From Marsupella aquatica (taxonomy: Eukaryota; Plantae; Marchantiophyta), in the NCBI GenBank assembly GCA_973895155.1, contig OZ316896.1, positions 23,471,067-23,518,499 of the forward strand: 47,433 bases of DNA, in the 5' to 3' direction. A program made the translations under genes and the position numbers. Every line of letters starts with the position of its first letter. Position 1 is the stretch's first letter. Under the pieces are notes generated by a model, which worked only from the letters and a program-made list of their open reading frames with translations, ran no database searches and was not told the DNA's origin. Below, in pieces: positions 1-12,954 of this stretch.

Positions 1-270
1 AGGGTCACGGCTAAGGATCCAACTACCCTAGGGGAAGGGGAAGCCGAAGCCGAGGGAGTGGCTGAAGCCGAAGCCGTGAGAGTGGCTGAGGCCGAAGCCG
101 TGGGTATTGCCGAGGCCGGTGTCGAGGTTGAAGCCGAAGGTGGACCCAGTCAGGCCGAGGGAGAGTTGACTCGGTCAAGGGCAGGTAATCTGTCAGTAGG
201 CGGGCCAACGGCAGTGGCTGCGGAGGAAGTGTTGGGGGCGTCCATTGAGGATCCACCACCGGTGTCGTGA
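1..270 (+). CDS. C-terminal end of the LTR-encoded ORF (partial)
   Basis: Frame 1 matches the end of ORF 20851-24474 (...ASIEDPPPVS*). Confidence 0.8.
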   Translation, partial: RVTAKDPTTLGEGEAEAEGVAEAEAVRVAEAEAVGIAEAGVEVEAEGGPSQAEGELTRSRAGNLSVGGPTAVAAEEVLGASIEDPPPVS

Positions 271-1190
271 CGGTGCAAGGGCGCCGTTCCTTTTAGGGAG
301 GCGGGACGTGGAGGGAGGAGGCGTGAGTGGGCAGGGCGGGCGCGGATCTCCACGTTTAGGATTAGGATCAGAACCAGGAGCGGCCCTGACACTTAGCTTA
401 GTGGGATTGCGGTCCCACTGGTAGGAGCAACACTTGTGCTCCTGCCTTGCTGTACATAGGTAGATTCGGGCAAGTAGATTACTGTTAAGTAGATTAGGCT
501 TACGATGCAAAGAATGGCGGATCCACTACCAGGATAAGTACCTAGGCAGCGGGGAGCTCAGGGCCTCTTCTTTAGCAAGTTTTTAGTTTGCACCAGCCGG
601 GCTGGGATCAAGTAGTACGAGAAGCTCTCGGTTAGTCATACAGTGACCTTGTGTATATTCATGTTTCCTCATGCCTAAGAGCTGAATAGAGTTGGCCTCA
701 CGGCTTAGTTCGCAGAACTTGTGTATGAGATGTACTGTTTGTATGGCAAGTGCATGGTATGACTCAGTCAGAATGAGTCATTTTGCTATTTGTGTGTCGC
801 ATTAACTTGTGTGAAGAGTGCCCACATCAACAGAAGGAAGGAAAGTAAGCAGGGGAGTGAGAGTTGGATGTGTCGAGCTGAGAGAGGTCTTAGCGGCTTA
901 ACCAAGCCTATTGGGGATCATTCCGGCGGCGGAATCCAAACATACCTAACAAGACGGAGGGGAAGACAGGGGAAGACAGGGGAAGGCCTATATTAGGCCG
1001 GCTACGTATCTCATGACCCGATGAAGGATCTGTCCAGTATATGTGTGTAAAATGTTAATAGTAGTAGTAGAAGGTTAGCAGCGTCCCATGCCGCTAAGCC
1101 GCGGAAACGGCCTCGCCAAGCGTGAAACCCGCGGGAATCGGCTTGAGCTGGGGGGTTTCTTGGGTTTAGGGAGCCATGGGACGCACCACA
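1..1190 (+). mobile_element. 3' part of the giant Gypsy LTR (enters from outside the window), ending ...GGGACGCACCACA
   Basis: Near-identical to about 24205-25394; precise CA terminus at 1190, followed by an inverted copy of the same LTR rather than a PBS. Confidence 0.9.
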
Positions 1191-4100
1191 CCCTTGCACC
1201 GTCACGACACCGGTGGTGGATCCTCAATGGACGCCCCCAACACTTCCTCCTCAGCCACTGCCGTTGGCCCGCCTACTGACAGATTACCTGCCCTTGACTG
1301 AGTCAACTCTCCCTCGGCCTGACTGGGTCCACCTTCGGCTTCAGCCTCGACACCGGCCTCGGCAATACCCATGGCTTCGGCCTCAGCCACTCCCTCGGCT
1401 TCGGCTTCCCCTTCCCCTAGGGTAGTTGGATCCTTAGCCGTGACCCTGTCTGGGGTCGGTGCTGGGTCTACCTCCTTGATCACCACGGCCTGTGAAGTCG
1501 TATTACTCCTTGACCCTGAAGGTTTCCGCTTCTTCTTCGTTGGTGGCTCGGCAGCTGGTCCCTTCCCCTTCCCACTTAATTCTGGCACTGGTGCAGGTGG
1601 CGCGGCTTGTCCTTCGGCAATTACCACCCCTGGTAACTGGTTTGTCCCAACAGGAGATGGACCTGCTGCAGCTAAGCATTTAAATACTGCGGCTTGTTTC
1701 TTCAGCCGCTCTGTTTGGTTGTCGGCCCGCCGCTGTAGGTTCTCCATCTTCCTCGTGATTTCCTCCAACTCCTCTTGGGTTTCATCCAGGTCCTTACGTG
1801 CCCCCTCCAGCTCGTTTTTGGCCTCCTCCTGCTCCCTGTGGGCTTCCTCCAATTCCTTCTTCAAGGTAGCCTTCTCCTCCTGGGTTGCTCTTAGCTCCTT
1901 GTCGAGCTCTGCAATGATGACAGACTCCATCTGGTTCATCTTGGCGTAAGTCTGTTCGAGCATCTCGTCCTTCTCCCTTAGGTCGGCCTTGAAGTTGGCC
2001 GTCAGGGACGCAAGCTCCTGCTGCAGCGCCATAATCCCTTGATAGGATTTCCCTAACTCGACCTCCTTCTGCTCAAGGGCTCCGCGGATTTTCTCGAGCT
2101 CCCCTTTCAACGCCCATTCCTTTCTTTGGGTCTCCGCCATGGCCCGGCTGTTGGCTGTTATGTGGGCCTCCTCTGTATTCTTCAGCTCTTGCTTCCACTT
2201 CTCCCTCTCTTTGATCGTGTCGGCCAACTCTTCCTGCGTCTGAGTCAGTTTATCCTTGATATTCTGATTATCAGCCTGCGCGGCGTCCAACTGCCCCTGC
2301 ATGATGTTCAGCTCATGTCGTTTAATCCGCAGTTCATCTTGGGCTTTCTTGGCCGCCCTTAGATCTTCAATCTCGGCTTCCATCCTCCTAAGCCGCCGAA
2401 TGACCTCGTCCTTCTTGCTTCTCTCTAAAGCCACCGCTTCTTCTAATTGGTGCTTCTCCAACTGCTCCCTATGGAAAAAGGGTCCTACCTCCAACTCCTC
2501 TCCAAAGATGCCGAGCGCAAGTTCCCCACACATCTCACCATACTCCATGGCTCTATTCTTAGCGTAGGTGGAGTAAGTAGAAGTGATCGGCATCGCCCAT
2601 CGTGGCCTCTGCTCCCAAGCCGTCCTGCGGATCTCTTCAATCGTGGCTAGAGGTTTGCTTCCTTTTTCGGCTAGCCGCCTGATGTCCTCCGGCCAATCTC
2701 CTCCTGGTAAATCCTTTTCCTTAGCCAGGGCGGCCTCTTCCTCCTGCTTGATTCGCTCCTGAAATTCCTGCACCGTCTGTTTTATGCCGTCGAAGCTCGG
2801 GGGAGCAACATCTGGTGGGGGAGACTCAGGGCTACTCTGCTGGTTGGGGTCCCCTCGCACTACCCTTGGAAGTGTGGGGACAAACCGGCCACAGGTCCTT
2901 ACTCCTGGAACGTGATGGTCCGACCCATAGCCGGAATTATCATGGCTGCAGTCCTCCACTGCCTCCTCTACCTCTTGGATTTCCGGCTTCTCCCTCTCCT
3001 CTTCCTTGGTAGGAGCTTCAGGCAATTCTGCCTCAGATTCGGAGCTTGAGGTTCCCACGTACATTCGAACACCTGGCTTGGATTCCGGCCTGATTCTCTC
3101 CTTGTCTCCAGCAAAGGGGTTTTCTCTTGTGAGCTGGTGTAGGCCTACCTCTGTAGTAGTGTCCTGCATTGTTGCCGTTGCCGTTGTTGTTGCCGATGCC
3201 GATTTCTTTTCTTTCTCCAGTAGTTTCAGCAGACTCTGCATGCCTGGTTGCTGCATCGGCAAGTCTTCCTTCCTGGGCCTAAACACCTGCTCGATCGTAG
3301 GACTAACAGGTGGTTGAGGCTTCTCAGCCAACGGCCTCGGCGTTGGAGCTTCCTCGGGTGCCCTTACCTGCAGGGGAAGTACCGGGGCAAAAGTCTGACC
3401 TCTGGCATACCGGCACAACAGCGGCATGTGATAGCCAAGCCGCGACACGCTCCCCATGCCGATTACCTGCTGCTCCTCCTTTAAGATCTTCTTCAATTGG
3501 TTGAGGAGGTACCCGTTGTAGTCCCGGCTTGGGTCTGGCCTTTCTGCCAGATAGACCTGTGCCTTGCCGATCTCTGCCCTCGGCAAGTTACAATGCATGG
3601 TCACCCGCAAGAAGTCGATCATCTCTCCTATGTGCGGGTTGGTGCAGGTGTTCCGGAAGAAGCCATTCTTCGTTGATGGCCCGGGGAACGACCGGAACTC
3701 CTTGTCAGGCAAGGTCTTCCTGGTATCAACTTTGGTCTTATTGCCCATCGGCAAGCCAAACACTTCGGCAATCACCTTGGGAGTAAGATAGAAATCCTTC
3801 CCATATATCCTCGTGCAATTGGTCTCGGGTTCCCATGACCCCACGAATTCTAATAGGTCCGACTCCGGTACCTCCGGCTTCAGCCATGGTAATCTTACAA
3901 AGGCCTCCAAGCCGGATCCGGCCATGAAGCCTTGGTACTTCTTGGTCTGCATGGCCGTAAAGCATGCATCCTCCTCCCGTGCAAAATGTAGTTGCACCTC
4001 CACCGGTAGGGTTGCCGCCCAGCCCTTCCAGGTGTCATCCCTGGTTGGAATGGCCTTGATGGGATCGACCTCCTCCTCTTCGGCTTCTCCCTGCCTCCTG

Positions 4101-4916
4101 CTCTGCTGCTCGGCTGGCTTCTTTGGTGCCGCCGACCTCGTTCTTTTTGCCGGGGTGGCTTCATCGTTGACGGCTCCCTTCCTCTTCATCTCTGCTGCCG
4201 TGGAGGTTTCTCCTAGCACCGTTGCCTGGGTCCACCTTTCCGTGCTACCCTTTAATTCCCAGTGTATGTCGTTGCAGTTCTTGATGGCCTCTCGGATGCC
4301 GACGACGCTGTCCTTGCAAAACAGAAGATCGTCGAGTTGATTGGAAGTAGGCGTCCACAGGAACTCGTCCTTGATGAGTTCGCCTCCTAAGAAAGCCGTC
4401 TTCTACAGCTCCCACAATCGAGCGAGCTCCTGCCGTTCTCGAGCTGCCCTTTCTGACTCCTCGTCCTCGTAAGTCTTGATGTACTCAGTTGCCCGTTCGA
4501 ACAGGCATCCCCAGAAATGTGCCGCTTGATTGACGTTGCTCATACCCTCCTTAGGTTGATCGTCGGTATCTACTCTCTCCCCGAGTGCTTGCCTAAGCAG
4601 CTGACAGTAGTTGGCCTCCCGTAGTCGTCTGCCTAGTTCGTGCTCGCAAATGAGCCACCATCTCCTGCAAGCGCTCCTTACCCCTCTCCTCTGCCGGTCC
4701 TTCTTCCCGTTGATCCTTCCTAGCCGCCGACGCTTAACGCGCCCTAACCCTAATCGGGTTTTCACCCTCAGCCTTACCTCCGGCCTCTGCCCGGGTTCCA
4801 TGGTTGCCCCTAATTGTTTATATTTTCCTTGTTTTGTCACTATACTAAGGTGTTCCTAGGGTGCCTTCCTGCTTTACCCACTTAACCGGCCGAGTGATTC
4901 CTGTCTAGGCATCACA
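1191..4916 (-). mobile_element. Giant LTR, intact TG end at 4916, truncated at 1191
   Basis: Minus strand starts TGTGATGCCTAG at 4916 with no PPT before it; its flank is an older diverged LTR copy; near-identical to 20736-24485. Confidence 0.9.
1202..4801 (-). pseudogene. LTR-encoded coiled-coil ORF with one nonsense change (CAG>TAG at 4403-4405)
   Basis: ORF-track pieces 4403..4840 and 1202..4219 are in frame and match 20812..24474. Confidence 0.85.
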
Positions 4917-6703
4917 GAAGGACGACATGCTCAGTCAAACATACGAAAAGATGAATAAGATGGAGTTTGATGTTGTCCACGAGCTCAACAAGGAGCTAAG
5001 GGAAACCCGGTAGGAAGGGCGGCCTTGCAAAAGGAGTTGGAGGACACCCGGGGGGAGTTGGACGAGACTCAGGAGGAGTTAGAGGACATCGTGCGGAAGG
5101 TGGAAAACTTGCAGCGACGAAAGTCTAGCCGAGGAAAGGAAGTGCCCGGCTACACCAAGTAGACCCCCGGTGGCAACGACGAGGTTGCCAGGTGTGGTAC
5201 TGGCCGAAAGACTAGCCGAGGTACCCTCACCCTTGCCAAAAGTAATGAGCAAGGGGAAGATGTTGGCTGCCTTGGAAGGGAAGGACAGAAAGAAGCGAAA
5301 ACCTGTCGGGTCAGGAGTCAACACACTTCCCCAGGCCACCGTGGCCGAGGTAGAGAGCATGGCACCGGCCTTATGCGAGGTCATGGCTGTGAAGGTGGCA
5401 GTATTATAAGTCGGCCAAGATGACCAGTTGGGAGCCGCCATGACAAGAGTGGACTCAAGGTTGTCAATCATCGATAGGCATCAACCCCAACCTTGGGAAG
5501 AGGAGACAACCCGCCTTGTAGGACGAACCTATGAGGAAGACAACTACAGCGAGGAGGGGGATGTCGGCACTAACAAAGCCGATGCCGGGACTACCAATGC
5601 CGATGCCATAGTAACGGTCCCACCACTTCTGCAGGCCGGGGCGGCAGCCAAAGCCAAATTAAGACGAGGCCGGGGTTGGACCAGATAACGCCGAGGACAG
5701 GTTGACCCAATCAAGAGCATGTAATCTGTCAGAGGATGAACTTACGGCATTGGCCGCAAAAGGAGGATTAGGGGCGTCCATTGGGGATGAGCCACCACTG
5801 GCATGACGGTGGTGGAGGGTCGTCCCTTTTAGGGAGGGCAGACGTGGGGGAGGGAGGCGTGAGTGGGCAAGGCAAGCGCAAACCTCTAGAATTAAGATTA
5901 GGATCAGGACCAAGAGGCGGCCCTGACACTTAGATTAGTGGAATTGTGGATCTGTTGGTAAGAGCAACACTTGTGCTCTTGCCCCGTTGTACATAGGCAG
6001 ATTACAATTAGAATAGATTAGGCTTACGTTGCAATGAATTGGTAGGTGAGTTTCCAGGATAAATACCTGTGCAACGGGGAGTTCAGGCCTTTTTTCTTAA
6101 GCAAGTTTTTAGTGCACCAGCAAGACTGAGATCATTTAGTAAAAGAAGGTCTCGGTTAGTTATACAGTGAATTTTGTGTATATTCATGTTTCCTCATACC
6201 CATGAGCTGAATAGAGTTGGCCTTCCGGCTTAGTTCGCAGATCTTGTGTATGAGAAGTATTGTTTGTATGAGAGTTTCACCAAGTATAACTTAGTCAGTA
6301 AAAGTCATTTTTCTATTTGTGTGTCGCATCAACTTGTATGAAGATTGCCCACACCAACTATAGGAGAGAAGGGGAGTAAGAAAAGTCACAAGAAGCAGTG
6401 AGAGTTGGATGTGTCGAGCTGAGAGAGGTCTTAGCGGCTACCCAAGCCAATTGGGCATCATTCTGGGGGCGGAATCCAAACATAACTGAAGGAAGACCGA
6501 AAGGAGAGGATAAGGAGAGGCATAGAGTAAGTTGGCAACATACCTCATGACCCGATGAAGGATCTGTCCAGTATATGTGGGTAAGAAATTAGCAGCGTCT
6601 CATGCCGATGAGCCACGGAACCGAACTTGGCAAGACCAAAACCGATAGGAATCGGCTTGTTCTGGGAGGTTCTTGGGTCCAAAGGGCCATGGGACGCACC
6701 ACA
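4917..6703 (+). mobile_element. Older, diverged copy of the giant LTR (degenerate ORF 3' end plus LTR core), ending CACCACA
   Basis: Collinear similarity to about 23679-25394 (GAAGGACGA.ATGCTC..., TTTTAGGGAGGGC, GAGAGTTGGATGTGTCGAGCTGAGAGAGGTC, CCATGGGACGCACCACA) with many substitutions, indels and stops. Confidence 0.85.
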
Positions 6704-6911
6704 AGAGCCCTGGCCCTAGTCCGTGTGAACAACACAGATTCAAATCCCTTGGCCAGGCTGGCTAGGGGGCGATGGCGTATTACCTTTTCATGCAAATCCA
6801 TATAATAAAGCATGACCAGAATCTAGGATAAAGACCTCCGCTTGAGAGTGAAGCCTCTAGACCGGGGCACAACTACAGTTGGGGGTGAAATAGGAAACAA
6901 TGGGCATCACA
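6704..6911. mobile_element. Possible terminal remnant of another LTR family (ends GGGCATCACA)
   Basis: Only the terminus (reverse complement TGTGATGCC, same 9 nt as the giant LTR start) supports it; no further similarity seen. Confidence 0.3.
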
Positions 6912-8009
6912 ACACTCATCTATTTATGAGCAAACCTTGGGCATTCATACTACCCAAAAATGTTTTTTAGAAGTATCTCAGCGTGGGCATACCGCGTACA
7001 ATATGTTGCTGCGGGTTTTTCTGTGTTTTTCCCCCCGTTGCTTGTTTTTTTCAGCCACCCGTACAATATCCGTACTGAAATCCTTATTTCAATGCACGAC
7101 GCCCATAAAGCAAAGTTTTTCATACGCGAGCCCTCTGCAAAAAACAAATCGCACTGACGTGTGTAGTGAAAAAACAATGTTACTTCGTAATCGAAGACAA
7201 GGAAAAAAACACCGTTTCAAAGGCACTAGAGAATTTCTACTCCACAGATATTGTAAATTTTCATCTCAAATGAATTTACAGGATTTAATTCCAAGCACAC
7301 ACGAGAAATGTTTTTCTTCGCTCTGCACATATATTTGATGGAGCATGGGTTTTTTTGTGTCTATTGGGTGTGTGTGTTTTTCGGTGTGGGCTGCTTGTTT
7401 TTCATTACAAATATGTCGGTGTGTGTAATTTCCTCCCAATATGTTTAGTGCGTGTAATTTTTTTCCCCCCAAATAATGTTGTTGCATTTAGTTTTAAACC
7501 CCCCATGTTTCTGTGTTTTTTTGTTACATGCGGTGTTGGTAGTGTTTTTTCTTTAACGCATTCTATGCTGCCCATTTTTTTATGTGGTTTGTTTTTAGTT
7601 TTTTTTATGGGTTTATTTTCCCATGTGCTCCTCGTGTTCCGTATTTTGTGTAGGGGGCCATGTTTTTTTCTCTCTCATTGCTAGTTTATTTTGTATTTAT
7701 GGTGGATGCGTTGTTGTATATTTTCGAGGAAATTGTACAAAAAAATTCCAAACATATCCGTACATTCAACAATTCAATGTTTTCCAGTACACAGTCCAAT
7801 GCGAATGTCTTACATGGACGGGCGGCCCGTTGAAGTGGTTGGTGTAACGTCATGGGTGGTTTACATTCATGTTGTAAGGTCCTTTGCCGAAAGTGTATAC
7901 GTTTACAGCCGGTGTAAACTGTTGTAAGGCTATATAATTAGATATGTCGGTAGATATGTAAGTATATACGCAAGTAGATAAAGACATTACTTTTGGTTAT
8001 TATTCCTTA

Positions 8010-8520
8010 CTTGGTCAATGGATTACCCCATCTCCTGCAACGTTTCATTATTGCATTACCCTGTCTCTTGCGGGCTTTCGTTTCTAGAAAGCCCCCTGTC
8101 CCTTGCTGGGGTTCATTATGGGGGTTACCCTGTGTCCGTGTCTCCTCTCCAATTTCATCACTGGATTACCCTATGTCTTTCTTCAAGGTTTTTTAAATTT
8201 ATTATCCCGTTTATTATTCTATGTCTTGCCCCGGTATGAATTTTGTTTTGGAATACCATGTGTCTTGCTGGGTTTGTTTTATGGAATACCCTTGTCCCTT
8301 GCTGGTGTTCATTATGGAGCTACCCGGTGTTTGTGTCTCCTCTCCAGTTTCATCACTGGATTATCCTATGTCTTTCTTCGAGGTTTTTTTTATTATTATT
8401 CTATGTCTTGCCCCAGTATGAATTTTGGAATACCCTGTGTCTTGCTGGGTTTGTTTTATGGAATACCCCGTGTCCCTTGCGGGGTTTCATTATTGGGTTA
8501 CCCCGTCTCCTTGGAGAGGA
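8010..8520. repeat. Degenerate tandem repeat, about 180-200 bp unit, about 2.5-3 copies
   Basis: Recurring TGTCCCTTGC.GG.GTT.CATTAT and TTTCATCACTGGATTA.CCTATGTCTTTCTTC blocks. Confidence 0.75.
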
Positions 8521-8569
8521 GCAATTTCATCAGTTATCAGTGACTGATATCAGTCACCGACATTTTTTT

Positions 8570-9090
8570 GGACAATCTCAGAGACCTCTCCAAGATTGAC
8601 CCCTTTTTTTAATCAATCTCGGAGGCCTCTTCGAGATTGACGTCCTATTTTGTGTCAATCTCAGAGGCCTCTCCAAGATTGGTCAACAAAGTCTCCAAGA
8701 ATTGTTGGAATCTCAAAGAGCCTCTTCGACATGGGATCAACACTGGGTTGGAATCTCAGAGAGCCTCTCCAAGATTGGTTCAAGACTCCATTCAAATCTC
8801 CGAGAGCCTCTCCAAGATGGGATCAACACTGGGTTGGAATCTCGGAGAGCCTGGTTCAAGACTCCATTTGAATCTCGGAGAGCCTCTCCAAGATGGGATC
8901 AACACTAGGTTGGAATCTCGGAGAGCCTCTCCAAGATGGGATCAACACTAGGTTGGAATCTCGGAGAGCCTCTCCAAGATGGGATCAACACTGGGTTGGA
9001 ATCTCAGAGCCTCTTCAAGATGGGATCAACACTGGGTTAGAATCTCGGAGAGCCTCTCCGAGATGGGATCAACATCATTTGGAATCTTGA
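8570..9090. repeat. 43-bp tandem array containing palindrome TCTCGGAGAG-C-CTCTCCAAGA
   Basis: GATGGGATCAACAC recurs at 8892, 8935, 8978 (period 43). Confidence 0.9.
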
Positions 9091-9473
9091 ACATTTTATT
9101 ATTATGAAAGGATACAAAATTAGATCATTCTACCCACTAACACTAAACATGCATCTTCGAGATGCATTCACCCTGAGCGTGCTATATCTGACACCAGTTT
9201 TCTAACCTTGCTAAGTGTCAAGATTGGTTGGTGGATCTCTTGGTCGCTCTCTAGATCTCGTCCACAAATGTTTTTATAGCACCAATACAAGTGTTTGCAA
9301 GGGAAGAAGTATCTTCTAGTATCCCTCATGATGAAATTTTGACAAAAGTAAGCTGGGAACACACATATCTATACACAGTGGGCTGAATTGCGGTCACAAT
9401 GAGTGTTGGAAAGTACCACTCGTAAGCCAGTTGCATTCCCTTCTTCAATTTGAGTCATGGAAGTGAATCTCAT

Positions 9474-12400
9474 TGTAACAAGGTGATAAAGAGATAAATG
9501 ACTATTTACTCCTTAACAACTCGATTTTGTTCCCGTTAGGAGTGGATAAGATCGAAAAGACTGAATTAACACAATTTGAGAAGTTTACACCAACATTCTT
9601 AGGTTGGAGAGATTTCTAATGATCTCTTTAACATAAGTGTTTAACCACAAACTCAAGTGGGTAATCCTTAGGATTCACAGTGCAATAATAAAGACTAGAA
9701 TTAACAAAGATTGAAACTAGAGGGAGAGTAGATAGGAGTTTTCAAAGTGCAAGGGAATTGAATTTCTTACCATCGCCACTCCTTCAATAAGGATTATGGC
9801 CTAATTTAAGATTCAGAAATCAACATTTTCTATGTTTTTTTGATTTCTCGTAGCAACTCTTCTCCATCTATTGAATTTAGAAGACATGAATGTAAATCAA
9901 CCCGGGACACTTTTCTGGTCTTGTTAAGGACGGTACTCGGATACTCGAATTGGCTTACTTCTCCTACAATCCTTAAGATTGTTTGTTTAAGTTTTGTGCA
10001 AATGTCAATTTCCTCTTTGGTGAATCTTCCAAATGTATTGATCACAAATCTCATTGATCTTTCAATATCATTAAGGCACACTCTAGCATTCATTGAACAC
10101 TTCACAACAACTCAAGGGTTGCTAAAACTTCTTCCTTTTACTTAACCATGGTAAAAAGAAGGGAAGAAAAGGCATAGATTTCTCCAAAATCAAAATGGGG
10201 AAATCAAATGTATCTCTCTCCTCTCGTTGACTTTGGATTCTCCTCCTTTTGTACTAAAGGTGGAGATTATGAAAAGATATGCCTTTTCAAAACCCAAGTC
10301 TAAAGAAGTATGTAAATAAAAGTAAACTACCCTAGTAAAAAAAAATAGAGTATAGACTCCAATGGATATATCAACAAAATGCTGGAGTCTACTTACTCAT
10401 ATACTAGTCTACATAGCCATTTCTAGGTCTAAACTAATGTGGCTCCAACTCTCTAAATATAACTCTATTCTGGTCCTAGCTTTTGGGAAGGAACCTCCTC
10501 AGGGTTAGCCATAGCAAGGGGTTTTGGTCGAAGGTAAACTCCCTGCTGGCCAGTGGTAAAAGGGATGGACGGGTCAATATCCATGTTCTCCTGATGGGCA
10601 CTTGGGTCATGAGAATAAGTGTAAGAATGAGAATGGAAGTGGGTACTGGGAGTGGGGAAACCAGGAGGGTTGAGGGGTGATGAGGGGCCAGTGGAATAGA
10701 CTCCTTCATGAGGACTAGGAGAGAAAGATCTGGTAGTAAAGGGAAGAATCTCAGTATCAGCTAATAGCTCCTCTGTAGTCAAGTCACTCATCTCCCTTAA
10801 GGCTTCACAGGTCTTTGAGAGGCCTGCAAGTGCATCATCCACCTTGGCACTCACATCTACCACTAAATGGTTAATCTTGGAGAAAAGGATGAGGGTGGTG
10901 TTCTTGGCCAAATACTCATCATAAATCTGGGCCTTAAGAAGATCCAGAGAAGCTATCTTAGTCAAAGGTTCAATCAGATCCAAAGATTGAGTGATACTGA
11001 GTTGGAGAGTATGCTCAAGCTCATTCTTCTTCTTACTCCTTTCCAACTGCTGTTTGAGTTCAGATACCTTCTTTTTGAGGAACTCATTCTCCTTCTCCAA
11101 CTTCCTCTTATCTGTGGCATCACTCATGGTGGAGATCTTTTCAAGAATCTGCCCTGGTTTCACTCCTAACTTCTGAGAAATGTCAGTGATGACCTTCTCC
11201 ATCACAGTGGTCTTCTTCTTCACCTTCTGGAATGTGTCTGAGATGATCTGGAAATCAGCTAGGGTGTCTTGGGAGGCATGGTCGGGTGCATCCGGAAATT
11301 CAGCTGGGTCGACAAAGGCCGGGTCGGCAAAGTCCGGGTCGAGGTTCCGGGTCTTTCAAGGATTTTTTTCTGCTGGCTCCTCATCCTCACTGTCATCAGA
11401 GGTGGCCTGGGTGATATCTGGATCTTCCTCTCCATACTTTATGAAGTTGAACTTGGCCAATAGTAACTTCTTCTCTTCTCTGAACAAGACTCCTTCAAAG
11501 CTATATAAATGTACCAGGTAGCAGGAGAGGGGAGTAGGACCCTTATTGGACAGGTTCTGCACCAACTTCCTTATCAGATCAAAGATAAGCTTAGCCCAGT
11601 TGACTTTTCTTTCTCCCTTGTAAGCAGCAACAATGGTAGAGCCCACTCCAACAGTAACTCTTCTTGGCTTCTCAGGATACAGCAGGGGTAGCAGGAAGCT
11701 GAAGACTCGTTTCAGATCAGGATCCAAACACTTAGAAACATTGAACCCGTCCTTATTGTTGATGCTTCCTTTGAAGTAAGGAAGAATTAGATTGACAGCT
11801 CTCCCCACTGGACCTTCTCCATCATCCTCCAATACAAACACTCCTGCAACCATCATCTGAGTCCATCGCTCAGGTCGGCCTTTGGATGTATCCTTAAACT
11901 CAACCGGACACTCCTTGGATCGGATCTCTCGGATCATGTCTTCACTCTGATAACTCCAGGGGAGCTCCATCAGAGACTCACAGCCCATCTTGAGCAAAGA
12001 CTCCCTCAATTTGACCTTCTCAGCTTCACTGTCCGGAATAGCTGGCCTTAGAATTTTCATGGCAATGGGGACCTCTTTTCTCTTCGATCGTCTCACAGGG
12101 GCTTTAACCGGAGTGGGTGCAGGTGATGTTGAGGTTGAATGCCCCTTAGAAACGCGAGAAGTGGACATTCCGGCTGGATCCGTCCCTTGCTCCATAGGAT
12201 TTCTGGAAGCAACAAATCGATTTCCAATAAATGGCCTGCCTTCTCTTCGGCGAGCTCTACAATGCTGCGACTTCAAAATGTTCAATCACTTCGGTGTTGA
12301 CCAATGGTAGTGATGTCCGGGTTGACCTGGCCATGGCGTTTCTGATCAACTGACAAGCGCTTCTGGAGAAGTTGATCAAGATTCCGTCAATCACAATTCA

Positions 12401-12954
12401 GGTGCATCGAACGTGGGGCCAATATAGACGCAATCGGGCCTACAATGGGGATGTCCGGATCGACCTGGCCTCCCTTCTCACAACCGATGTATGCACGATC
12501 AGGATCTCAAACTTCCTGCCTTCACTCCCAGCGGTGTAGTAGGCATTCCCCTCACAACGAATCAGTCAGTACCCTCATATCCAGGCTCTCATCAAGAAAT
12601 GCAAGATTGGTCCTATAATCCGGACCCAAGATCCTCTACCAAAAGGGTAGAGCCTCCTCTCTCTACTGCTTAAACAGCCTAATGCGCTCGGGAGCTCAAA
12701 ACCTACTAAGTTTGGCTTTGAGAGGTGTGAGAGGCCGGATCGACTCTCCTCCCTTATATCCGGATTCTACTGTGGTTGCGCCTGTGTTTGACTTATGGTT
12801 TTAAAAACTTTGGCAATGCACAGCTATTATTCAGTAGAGTCGCGTTGTAAGATTCCTTATCTCATTATGGTTTATAGTAAAAAGTTCCGGGTCGATCCTC
12901 CTTCTCTAATATCAATCCGGGTAGACCTTAGATGGGCTTGAAAGTCTCATAACA
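9474..12954 (-). mobile_element. 3.48-kb solo-LTR-like insertion of a second family, carrying one long ORF
   Basis: Termini TGTAAC...ATAACA; flanks CTCAT / CTTCAT (imperfect 5-bp TSD); removing it rejoins the transposase frame (RLKRDLKTTM|RFTSMTQIE); no gag/pol and no terminal direct repeats seen. Confidence 0.7.
10465..12195 (-). pseudogene. About 576-codon ORF (plant-TE-type domain + coiled coil) with one in-frame TGA at 11356-11358
   Basis: ORFs 11356..12285 and 10465..11223 are in the same frame and read through NP*KTRNLDPDFADP; motifs resemble the giant-LTR ORF. Confidence 0.75.

Noticed and set aside
3813-4340. Recurrent antisense ORFs (175, 169-192, 88 aa and others)
   Set aside because: Shadow frames of the LTR ORF, repeated only because the DNA is repeated.
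6930-7100. Left terminal inverted repeat of the MULE
   Set aside because: No partner end in the window, so it cannot be supported.
8570-9090. CRISPR-like array of palindromic repeats (also 17400-20600)
   Set aside because: Linkers are repeated rather than unique spacers, no cas genes, eukaryotic TE context.
6937-9090. Short ORFs in the T-rich and tandem-repeat region
   Set aside because: Low-complexity or repeat translations with no recognisable motifs.
9830-10105. 91-aa ORF in the second solo LTR
   Set aside because: Short, no motif, no independent support.
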